A stretch of 64,000 nucleotides of DNA from Halobacteriales archaeon QS_8_69_26 (GTDB lineage: Archaea; Halobacteriota; Halobacteria; Halobacteriales; SW-7-71-33). Below the pieces are notes generated by a model. It searched no databases. It was not told where the DNA came from and saw nothing but the letters and a program-made list of their open reading frames with translations. Position numbers and translations under genes: made by a program. The stretch is taken from the NCBI GenBank assembly GCA_003023195.1, contig PXRX01000022.1:14041-78040 (forward strand), read 5' to 3'. Every line of letters begins with the position of its first letter. Within the stretch, counting starts at the first letter, position 1. Below are positions 1 through 7,425 of this stretch, piece after piece.

Positions 1-636
1 TCCCGCCGGACTCGGTGCTCGACGTCGGGTGCGGGATCGGGAACTACGTGATCCCGATGGCGGAGCGGGGGGTCGAGACCCACGGCCTGGACGTCACGCC
101 CGAGTTCGTAGAGCGGGCCCGGGAGCGCGCCGCCGAGGCCGGGGTCGAGGACCGCACGGAATTTTTCGACCCGGACATGCGGGACCTCGACGGCCTCCCG
201 GGGACCTACGACGCCGCCGTCTGCATCACGGCCTTCGGCTACTTCGACGACGAGGCCAACGAGGCGCTGGTCGCGGCCGTCCACGACCGCCTCGAACCGG
301 GCGGGACCGCCCTGTTCAACGTCGCCAACAAGGAGATGTGGCTGATCACCCGCAAGCACGATGCCAACAGCGTCATCCGCGTTGGCGATGGCTACACCTA
401 CGCCCGACGCCGCCGGTACGACCCCCTCGACTCGCGGCTCTCCACGACGACCCGGGTGATCCGCGACGGGACCTCCGTCGGCCAGTACGAGTACGACAGG
501 CGCCTGTACACGCCCGTCGAGTTGCCGGCTGTTCGCCCGCGCCGGGTTCGACGAGGTGGCGATCCTCGACGGCTACGACGGCGGGGCGCTGACGGATCCC
601 GCCGACGACGTCGTGGTGGTCGCACACAGGCGGTAG
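1..636 (+). pseudogene. class I SAM-dependent methyltransferase; 5' end lies outside the window and the reading frame breaks near 525-529
   Basis: The frame of ORF 15..1127 gives SAM motif I (LDVGCGIGNY) and LEPGGTALFNV. After ...RLYTPVEL the expected C-terminus (LFARAGFDEVAILDGYDGGALTDPADDVVVVAHRR, stop TAG 634-636) continues in a different frame, so a 1-nt-class indel separates the two halves. Confidence 0.7.
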
Positions 637-671
637 GGGCGGTCGGCGGCCGACGACGTCGTGGTGGTCGC
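601..671. repeat. 48-bp-spaced direct duplication of the methyltransferase 3' end (gccgacgacgtcgtggtggtcgc, two copies)
   Basis: An identical 23-mer occurs at 601-623 (inside the CDS end) and at 649-671 (just after the stop). Confidence 0.85.
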
Positions 672-749
672 CCGCCCGGGGCAGGGGTGGTCGCCTGCGA
701 GCGCTCGGCGGGCACAAGAGGTAACATCTTCCCCCGACAATGGCGGGGC

Positions 750-1127
750 ATGGTACGAAAGGAGGACCCCGACGGCGACGCGATCATAAAGGACGGCGGC
801 GACGTGTCGGTCGGGAGCGCCGAGGACGTCATCGTCGAGGACGCCGGCGCCGTGACGGTCGAGAACGGGGAGGACGTGTTCTTCGAGGAGGGGCGGACGG
901 GCGAGGCGACCATCGTCCGCGCCCAGGACGTCGTCCTCCGGGGCGGCCGGGTCGACGGGGAACTCGTCGTCGAGGGGGCGGAGGACGTCATCATCGAGGC
1001 CGGGTCGGTCGACACCCTCGTCGTCGACGGCGCGGAGGACGTGGTGATAGACGAGGACGCCTCGGTCGACCGGGTCGACGTGAAGAACGCCGAGGACGTC
1101 CGCAACAAGGACTCGGGCTTCTTCTGA
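750..1127 (+). CDS. small acidic repeat protein (125 aa) with reiterated (G)AEDV-hydrophobic units; possible beta-solenoid or bactofilin-like fold
   Basis: ATG at 750 with high GC3 coding. Repeated SAEDVIVEDAG / GAEDVIIEAGS / GAEDVVIDEDAS / NAEDVRNK units. It is in frame with, but distinct from, the upstream methyltransferase remnant. Confidence 0.6.
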   Translation: MVRKEDPDGDAIIKDGGDVSVGSAEDVIVEDAGAVTVENGEDVFFEEGRTGEATIVRAQDVVLRGGRVDGELVVEGAEDVIIEAGSVDTLVVDGAEDVVIDEDASVDRVDVKNAEDVRNKDSGFF

Positions 1128-1159
1128 TCCGGTCGAGACGGCCGGGGTCGGCGGCGAGC

Positions 1160-1240
1160 GGTGTCCGGCGTCGATCCGACGGTGTCCGGCGTCGATCCGA
1201 CGGTGTCCGGCGTCGATCCGACGGTGTCCGGGGGGATCCG
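1160..1240. repeat. 21-bp tandem repeat (ggtgtccggcgtcgatccgac), 3 full copies plus a partial
   Basis: Perfect copies at 1160-1180, 1181-1201 and 1202-1222, with a degenerate fourth. It lies between convergent genes. Confidence 0.9.
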
Positions 1241-1277
1241 GCCACGCCGCGCGAGCGCGCCGGAGGGCGGTGCCGAA

Positions 1278-1667
1278 CTAGCTGTCGGGGACGTCGTCGG
1301 GGTCGTCCTCGACGGCGCGCTTCATCGAGTCGCGGCGGGCCTTGGCGTCCCGGCCGGTCGCCTCCTCCAGGAAGTCGTTCTTCAGCGCGACGGCCTCGCT
1401 CGCGGCCTCCAGTTCGTCGGGGTCCAGTTCCGTCGGGTCCCGCTCCTCGAACTCGACGGCCAACTTGTCCTTCTTCGAGCCGTACTCGGCGGTGCCGGCG
1501 ACGATACGCTCGAAGACCGGGTTGTCCGGCTCCCCGATGACGTAGAGGTCGTTGCCCTTGTACTCCTCCGTACCGGTGACCGGCCCGAAGTAGTCCTCGA
1601 TTTTCGCCTTCATGTCCGGGATTCGGTCCTCCAGGTACTCGCCGCGGCGCATCTTGTACTCCTTCAT
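1278..1667 (-). CDS. conserved haloarchaeal hypothetical protein (129 aa, acidic)
   Basis: ORF-track protein MKEYKMRRGEYLEDRIPDMKAKIEDYFGPVTG... has typical halophile composition. The ORFs on the opposite strand are Arg/Pro-rich artefacts. Confidence 0.7.
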   Translation of the reverse strand: MKEYKMRRGEYLEDRIPDMKAKIEDYFGPVTGTEEYKGNDLYVIGEPDNPVFERIVAGTAEYGSKKDKLAVEFEERDPTELDPDELEAASEAVALKNDFLEEATGRDAKARRDSMKRAVEDDPDDVPDS

Positions 1668-1724
1668 CGTCTCCGTGAGCGGGGTAAGAACCCGGGATCG
1701 GTTATGGGTTTCGTCGCGGTGTGG

Positions 1725-3089
1725 CTACCGCTCGTCGAGGTACCCCCGCGTACAGGAGGGACAGATGTCGCCGGGCAGGTGGGCGGTCCGGTCCAGGCTC
1801 CACGTGCTCGCACACTCGGGACAGTGGAGTTCGCCCGCGACCCCGTCCCCCTCGGTGGTCGTCCAGTCCTCGGTCGTGCGGGGGTCGCCGGTCCCCGGGG
1901 ACGCGGTCCGGTCGCCGAGTCCGGCGGTCGACCCCGCCGTGGCGACGCCGGATCCCTCGCCGGCCCCGGTCTCGGCCGGACCGAGCCCCGGGTCGCTCCC
2001 GGGAGCGTCGCCGTCGGCGCGAACGTCCCCGCCCCCCCCGACGTCGGCCCCCGTGAGCGGGTCGCCGGTCCCCGGTTCGGCCGGTACGTCCACCGCGCCG
2101 TCGAGCCACTCCGCGCGGTCGGCACGCTCGTCCTCGTCGAACTCGGGCCACTCCCGGTCCACGAGGTCGGTGTCGTCGGGGTCGGTCGGGTCGTCGTCGC
2201 CCCCGTCCCCGAGGATCACCCCGTCGTCGTCCGGCTGGTCGGTGGCGTCCGTGAGGTCGCCCTCCGCCTCGCGGATGGCCTCGGCGAGCGACGGCCCCTC
2301 GTCGACCTCGGTTCCCCCGATCACGCCGTCGCCGGCCGGCCCACCGGGGTCGTCGGCTGGTCCACTGGGGTCGTCGGCTCCCGCCCCGACCGAGGGGTCG
2401 AGGATCTCGGCCCCCTCGTCGGTTTCCGGCGGTTCGGGGTCCTCGGCGACCTCTGCAGGATCGGTCTCGTCGTCGGTGGTCTCTTCGGGATCGGTCCCGT
2501 CGTCGGTCTCACCGGGATCGGTCGTTTCATTGTCGGCGTCCTCGGGATCGGTCGTTTCACTGTCGGCGTCCTCGGGATCGGTCGCATCGTCGGCGACCGC
2601 TTCGGGAGCGGCCGCACCGCCGGCGGCCTCCCCGGGTTCCGACGGGTCGGTGACGTCGTCCGTCGTCGCCCCTCCGGGGTCGTCGCCGGCGTCAAGGATC
2701 ACGGCGTCGTCCTCGTCGGGGGTGTCGGGGGCGTCCGTCTCGTCGCCGGGAGTGGTGGAGTCGTCCGGTTCGTCGTCGGGGGTGTCGGGGCCGGCGACGG
2801 TACTCACCTCCCCCTCGGCCTCCCGGATAATCTCGGCGTCGGGGCCGTCCTCCGGTGGCGGACCGTCCCCTGTGACCGCCTCCGGCGGCTGGCGGTCGTC
2901 GTCCCTCGCGGCCGCCCACTCGACGGCGGTCACGCCGGTGTTCTCGCTGATCACCCGGACGTTCCCACAGCGAACGCACTGCTCGTACTCCCTGACGGTC
3001 AGGACCACCTCGCTCCCGCGGCGTTCTTCCTCACGCTCGATCTCGGTGCCGTCGTAGTCGCACCCGAGGACCGAACACCTGATACCCAT
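1725..3089 (-). CDS. zinc-ribbon protein with a long acidic low-complexity linker
   Basis: N-terminal CxxC...CxxC (CSVLGC...CVRCG) and C-terminal CPEC...CPSC pairs, joined by a D/E/T/P-rich region of about 300 aa. Confidence 0.65.
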   Translation of the reverse strand: MGIRCSVLGCDYDGTEIEREEERRGSEVVLTVREYEQCVRCGNVRVISENTGVTAVEWAAARDDDRQPPEAVTGDGPPPEDGPDAEIIREAEGEVSTVAGPDTPDDEPDDSTTPGDETDAPDTPDEDDAVILDAGDDPGGATTDDVTDPSEPGEAAGGAAAPEAVADDATDPEDADSETTDPEDADNETTDPGETDDGTDPEETTDDETDPAEVAEDPEPPETDEGAEILDPSVGAGADDPSGPADDPGGPAGDGVIGGTEVDEGPSLAEAIREAEGDLTDATDQPDDDGVILGDGGDDDPTDPDDTDLVDREWPEFDEDERADRAEWLDGAVDVPAEPGTGDPLTGADVGGGGDVRADGDAPGSDPGLGPAETGAGEGSGVATAGSTAGLGDRTASPGTGDPRTTEDWTTTEGDGVAGELHCPECASTWSLDRTAHLPGDICPSCTRGYLDER

Positions 3090-3236
3090 TGGATCTCGCT
3101 ACCGAATCCGGACACAAAAACCTGCGTCAGACATTTGACAATCATCCGACGGTCTCGCCGCGTGGGGGCCGGCGACCGTCCCTCGCTCGGGCCGACGGGA
3201 TCAATGATAAGAGGCCGCCGGACGAACTCCGAAACG

Positions 3237-3533
3237 ATGCGGGTCAAGCCGGAGTACCGCGACCGCGACGACGTCCAGGTCGCGGTGCTGGACGCACTCG
3301 TCGAGCGGGGCCAGGAGGGGATGACGCTGTTCGAGATCCGGTCCCGGACCGAGGTCGACATCGACGACCTGGAGGACGCGCTCGCGGAACTCAAGGCCGA
3401 GGGGCTCATCGAGGTCGAGAAGAACGACGGCCGCACCCTGTTCGAACCGGCCGACCGGGTGATCCCCGACCCCGACGAGAGCGACCCCGAGCAGTCCCTC
3501 CTCGACGCGATCCGCGAGCGTCTGCCGTTCTGA
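3237..3533 (+). CDS. small winged-helix (wHTH) protein
   Basis: ATG 3237. MRVKPEYRDRDDVQVAVLDALVERGQEGMTLFEIRSRTEVDIDDLEDALAELKAEGLIEVEKNDGRTLF is a typical MarR/ArsR-like wHTH core. Confidence 0.6.
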   Translation: MRVKPEYRDRDDVQVAVLDALVERGQEGMTLFEIRSRTEVDIDDLEDALAELKAEGLIEVEKNDGRTLFEPADRVIPDPDESDPEQSLLDAIRERLPF

Positions 3534-3536
3534 GCG

Positions 3537-3672
3537 GTCGGATCCGGCCCCCGAACCTGTCCGCCGGGATCCGGTCGATCCGGCCCTCGAACCTGTCCGC
3601 CGGGATCCGGTCGATCCGGCCCTTGAACCTGTCCGCCGGGATCCGGTCGATCCGGCCCTCGAACCGGACCGG
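3537..3672. repeat. 36-bp tandem repeat, about 3.7 copies (gatccggcccYcgaacctgtccgccgggatccggtc)
   Basis: gatccggccc recurs at 3541, 3577, 3613 and 3649. The array starts 4 nt after the stop of the upstream CDS. Confidence 0.9.
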
Positions 3673-3723
3673 GCCGCCGGCCGGACCGGACGAGTTTTGC
3701 GTCGCCGGCGTCCACTGGGTGGT

Positions 3724-4905
3724 ATGAGCACGGTCGCGGGGTTCCACGAGGACCTCGGAGCGACGTTCGCGGAGGTCGGCGGGCGGCAGGTGGTACTCGA
3801 CTACGGACGGCCCGACCGGACCCACGTCGCGGTCCGCACCGGCGTCGGCCTGACCGAACCCGCCTACGGGATCGTCGTCGTCGAGGGATCGGACCGGATC
3901 GAGTACGTCGACAACGCCGTCTCGAACCGGGTCCCGCGGGACGACGGCGAGGGCGTCTACGCCCTCCTCCTCGACCCGCAGGGCGGCATCGAGACGGACA
4001 TGTACGTCTACAACGCCGGGGAGCGGGTGCTGTGTTTCACGCCCCCGGAGCGCGCCGGTCCGGTGGCCGAGGAGTGGGCCGAGAAGACGTTCATCCAGGA
4101 CGTCGCGGTGCGGGAGGCGACCGACGAGTTCGCCGTCTTCGGGATCCACGGTCCCGACGCCACGGAGAAGGTCGCGAGCGTGCTGGTCGGCACCTCGACC
4201 CCGGACCGGCCGCTGTCGTTCGTCCGCGGTCCCGTCCGCGACGAGGGCACGACGGTCATCAGGACCGACGCCCCGGCCGGCGAGGAGGGGTACGAGGTGG
4301 TCTGTGCGGCCGACGACGCCGAAGCCGTCTACGACACCCTCCTGAACCACGGCCTCAACGCCGCCCCGTTCGGCCTGCGGACCTGGGAGACGCTCACGCT
4401 GGAGGCCGGCACGCCCCTGTTCGGGACCGAACTCGACGGCCGGATCCCCAACGAGGTCGGCGTCCGCAACGCCCTGGACTTCGAGAAGGGGTGTTACGTC
4501 GGTCAGGAGGTCGTCTCCCGGATCGAGAACCGCGGGACGCCGCGGAAGCGACTGGTCGGACTGGCGCTCCCGGAGGGGAGTTCGGACGTGGACGATCCGG
4601 GGACGCCGGACGAGGACGACCCGGGAACGCCGGACGAGGACGACCCGGGGACGCCGGAGGACACCGACGCCCCGGTCCCCGAGGAGGGGGCCGCCGTCTT
4701 CGTCGGCGACGCGGCCGTCGGCGAGGTCACGCGGGCCGTCCGGAGCCCCACGCTGGAGGAACGGGTCGCCATGGCCGTGGTCGAGGCCGACGCCGACCTC
4801 GGGGAGGCGACGGTCCGCGTCGACGGTCACCCCGTCGACGCCGACCCCCGGTCGTTCCCCCTGGTCGAGGGGAGCGAGCGGTCGGCGCGGATCCCCCGGT
4901 ACTGA
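3724..4905 (+). CDS. ygfZ: folate-binding YgfZ / aminomethyltransferase (GcvT)-family protein
   Basis: The KGCYVGQE signature and GcvT-like N-terminal domain are present. ATG at 3724. An acidic DDPGTPDE x3 insertion is encoded by a 24-bp tandem repeat at 4591-4662. Confidence 0.75.
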   Translation: MSTVAGFHEDLGATFAEVGGRQVVLDYGRPDRTHVAVRTGVGLTEPAYGIVVVEGSDRIEYVDNAVSNRVPRDDGEGVYALLLDPQGGIETDMYVYNAGERVLCFTPPERAGPVAEEWAEKTFIQDVAVREATDEFAVFGIHGPDATEKVASVLVGTSTPDRPLSFVRGPVRDEGTTVIRTDAPAGEEGYEVVCAADDAEAVYDTLLNHGLNAAPFGLRTWETLTLEAGTPLFGTELDGRIPNEVGVRNALDFEKGCYVGQEVVSRIENRGTPRKRLVGLALPEGSSDVDDPGTPDEDDPGTPDEDDPGTPEDTDAPVPEEGAAVFVGDAAVGEVTRAVRSPTLEERVAMAVVEADADLGEATVRVDGHPVDADPRSFPLVEGSERSARIPRY

Positions 4906-4926
4906 CCGGTCGGGTCTTCCGTGGGG

Positions 4927-5042
4927 GTCGGATCTCGGATGGCGGGAGCAGATCCCGACTGGCGGGTGCGGATCCCTACTAGCGGGGCCGGATCCCGACT
5001 GGCGGGGTCGGATCCCGGCCCCGCCGCGACGGATCCCAAGCG
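4927..5042. repeat. degenerate tandem repeat with a period of about 20 bp (5-6 units, core cggatccc...ggcggg)
   Basis: Units start at 4927, 4948, 4968, 4988, 5008 and 5030. A related unit (gcgcggatcccccggtactga) forms the last codons of ygfZ. Confidence 0.8.
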
Positions 5043-5071
5043 TCATCACACCCCGACCGCTACCGGTGGAC

Positions 5072-5230
5072 ATGCCCGACGACTCCGCTTCGGACCTGAC
5101 TGCTGGCCTGACGAAGCCCCGGACCCTCCTCCTGGTCGGGGTCGCCATCGCGGTGGCCGCCGCCATCGCCGCCCTCTCGCTCGACGACGACGAGTTCCCC
5201 GAGGACGACCCCGTCGAGATCGACATCTGA
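5072..5230 (+). CDS. small single-pass membrane protein (52 aa)
   Basis: Not in the ORF track (under 60 aa). ATG 5072, TGA 5228-5230. MPDDSASDLTAGLTKPRTLLLVGVAIAVAAAIAALSLDDDEFPEDDPVEIDI has one TM helix and an acidic tail, with high GC3. Confidence 0.45.
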   Translation: MPDDSASDLTAGLTKPRTLLLVGVAIAVAAAIAALSLDDDEFPEDDPVEIDI

Positions 5231-5266
5231 GCGGCTGGGAGTGGCCGGCGGACGCGGTCCTCGTCC

Positions 5267-6622
5267 CTACACCAGGGCGGAGACCGTCGAGCCGTCGGCC
5301 ACGAACGTGGTTCCATTGTGGACGCTCGGGTCGGAGGGCCCGCGTCCGTCGCCCCCCGCCAGGCGGAACCGGCGGTCGCCCGTCGACGGGTCGAGGCCGT
5401 CGACGGCCGGGACTCCCTGGAGGGAGACGGCGGCGACGGCGTCGTCGGCGTCGACCACCTCCGCTATCTCGGCGTCGACGTCGTGGCGCCAGCGTTCGGT
5501 CCCGTCCGCGGCCGAGAGGGCGACGGCACCGCCGCCGCCTCCTTCGCTGAAGCGGGCACAGTACAGCGTCTCGTCGTGGAGGGTCTCGACGAACGCCTGG
5601 ATCCCGGCGTCCCACGTCTGCGAGCCGTCGAACCCGTACGCGGCGACGGTTTCGCCGCCGACGTAGGCGCGGTCGCCGGCGACCAGCGAGTTGACGAAAG
5701 TGTCGGTGTAACTCCACCGTCGATCGCCCGTGGCCGGGTCGAGGGCGTACAGGCCGTTGGCGGACCTGTCGGTGGCGACCAGCACCGTTCCGCCGGCGAA
5801 CACTGGTGCGCGGGGAGCCACCTCGGAGAGTTCGTCGTCCTCCCAGCGGACGGTCCCGTCGGCGTCGACGACCCGAAGGTACCCCCAGTCCGCGACGGCG
5901 ACCGCGTCGTCGCTGGCCCCGGCGGCCTGGGCGTCGCCGACCTCCACGGTCCAGAGGGCCTCGCCGCTCGCCGCGTCGTGGGCCGTGAGCGTCTCGCCCT
6001 CCCCGGAGAGCGCGTCGTCGCTGGTCGCGGTGTAGACCCTGCCCCCGGCGACCGCGAGCAGGGAGAGGAAGCTCGGGTAGTCCTCCCCGCTCGACCACCG
6101 ACGGCTCCCGGTCGCGGCGTCGACTGCGTGGACGGCGAAGTCGTCGCCGTGGCCCCCGGTCTGCTCGCCGCTCGCGAGGTAGACCGTCCCGTCGGCGTGG
6201 ATGGGCGACTCGTCCTGCCCGGGACCGGTGTAGAACGACCCGCCCACTTCGGTCCGCCAGCGGACGGTCCCGTCGAACTCGACGGCGTGGAGGTTCCCGT
6301 CGGCGGTGCCGACGTAGAGGGCGTCGCCGGCCACCGCGGGTCCGAGCGACACGTCCGCGTCGAACGACGACTGCCAGGCCAGGGCTGACTCGGGCGTGAC
6401 CGACGCATTGCCGCCGGTCCCGGTCGTCCCCTCCGTGGTTGGCTCCGTCGTGGGCTCCGGGGTCGACGACCCGCCGGTCGTACTCCCCGTCGTGGCTGGC
6501 TCCTCGCTCGCGGTCGGTGTGCTCCCCCCGCTCGCCCCCTCGGGCGACTCCTGCCCCCCGAGACAGCCGGCCGCCAGGAGGGTGCCTATCGATCCGAGTA
6601 CCGCCCGTCTGTCGCGTCTCAT
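5267..6622 (-). CDS. secreted PQQ-like beta-propeller repeat lipoprotein
   Basis: MRRDRRAVLGSIGTLLAAGC is a Tat/lipobox signal, followed by a Thr/Pro/Gly linker and reiterated 'G.lyA.D...G...W' propeller blades. The longer ORF 5267..7327 is antisense to rdgB. Confidence 0.8.
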   Translation of the reverse strand: MRRDRRAVLGSIGTLLAAGCLGGQESPEGASGGSTPTASEEPATTGSTTGGSSTPEPTTEPTTEGTTGTGGNASVTPESALAWQSSFDADVSLGPAVAGDALYVGTADGNLHAVEFDGTVRWRTEVGGSFYTGPGQDESPIHADGTVYLASGEQTGGHGDDFAVHAVDAATGSRRWSSGEDYPSFLSLLAVAGGRVYTATSDDALSGEGETLTAHDAASGEALWTVEVGDAQAAGASDDAVAVADWGYLRVVDADGTVRWEDDELSEVAPRAPVFAGGTVLVATDRSANGLYALDPATGDRRWSYTDTFVNSLVAGDRAYVGGETVAAYGFDGSQTWDAGIQAFVETLHDETLYCARFSEGGGGGAVALSAADGTERWRHDVDAEIAEVVDADDAVAAVSLQGVPAVDGLDPSTGDRRFRLAGGDGRGPSDPSVHNGTTFVADGSTVSALV

Positions 6623-6769
6623 ACCGGGATCCACGACGACCGGTCTTAGGGGTCTTGTCCACGCACAAAGAGCGGCTTTAGCTACACTGGGTGCCGTGAT
6701 GCCCGAACGACCACCTGCCGGATGGACCGGATCCACACCACCTTTCATCGCCGCCCCCGGAGACGGGGT

Positions 6770-7333
6770 ATGATCCGCTACGTCACCGGCAACCCCGGCA
6801 AGGTCCGGGAGGTCCGGGAGTACCTCGACGACCCGGTCGAACAGGTGGAGTACGACTACGCCGAGGTCCAGAGCGACTCGGTCGTCGAGATAGCGAGCCG
6901 TGGTGCCCGCGAGGCCCACGAGGCGGTCGGGGACCCGGTGCTGGTCGACGACGCCGGCCTGTTCGTCGACGCCTTCGACGGCTTCCCCGGTCCCTACTCC
7001 TCGTACGTCGAGGACACCGTCGGCGTCGAGGGGGTCTGGCGACTGAATGAGGCCGAGACGGACGAAGACGAACGCCGGGCCTCCTTCCGGATCGCGCTGG
7101 TCTACTGCGACGCGGAGACCCGCGAGGAGGAACCGGACGGCGTCCGGGTCTTCGAGGGAAAGGTGACCGGGCGGCTGGTCGCCCCCCGCGGCGAGGGCGG
7201 GTTCGGATACGACCCCATCTTCGAGTACAACGGCCGCACCATGGCGGAGATGGACGCGGCGGAGAAGAACGCCGTCAGTCACCGCGGGCGGGCCCTGGAG
7301 AAGTTCGCGGAGTGGTACGCCGAACACCGCTGA
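6770..7333 (+). CDS. rdgB: non-canonical purine NTP pyrophosphatase (RdgB/HAM1 family)
   Basis: MIRYVTGNPGKVREV...VDDAGLFVDAFDGFPGPYSSY...GFGYDPIF...SHRGRAL are family hallmarks. Confidence 0.85.
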   Translation: MIRYVTGNPGKVREVREYLDDPVEQVEYDYAEVQSDSVVEIASRGAREAHEAVGDPVLVDDAGLFVDAFDGFPGPYSSYVEDTVGVEGVWRLNEAETDEDERRASFRIALVYCDAETREEEPDGVRVFEGKVTGRLVAPRGEGGFGYDPIFEYNGRTMAEMDAAEKNAVSHRGRALEKFAEWYAEHR

Positions 7334-7425
7334 TCTCCCGCCGACCCGTCCGGGACGGTTCGCCGGTTTCGAGCCACGTTCCGCCGTCGCCGGTTATATT
7401 CCGGTGGGGGACCGAACCGTAATCG

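Noticed and set aside
15-1127. A single 370-aa ORF suggesting a fused methyltransferase-repeat protein.
   Set aside because: The middle third is Arg-rich nonsense produced by a frameshift. The methyltransferase C-terminus is found in another frame (stop at 634-636), and the repeat protein has its own ATG at 750.
3537-3672. Whether the 34-36-bp repeat arrays (also 13878-14000, 20658-20760, 55506-55585) could be CRISPR arrays.
   Set aside because: The units are directly abutting tandem copies with no unique spacers. No leader or cas genes are nearby, and the unit sequences differ between loci.
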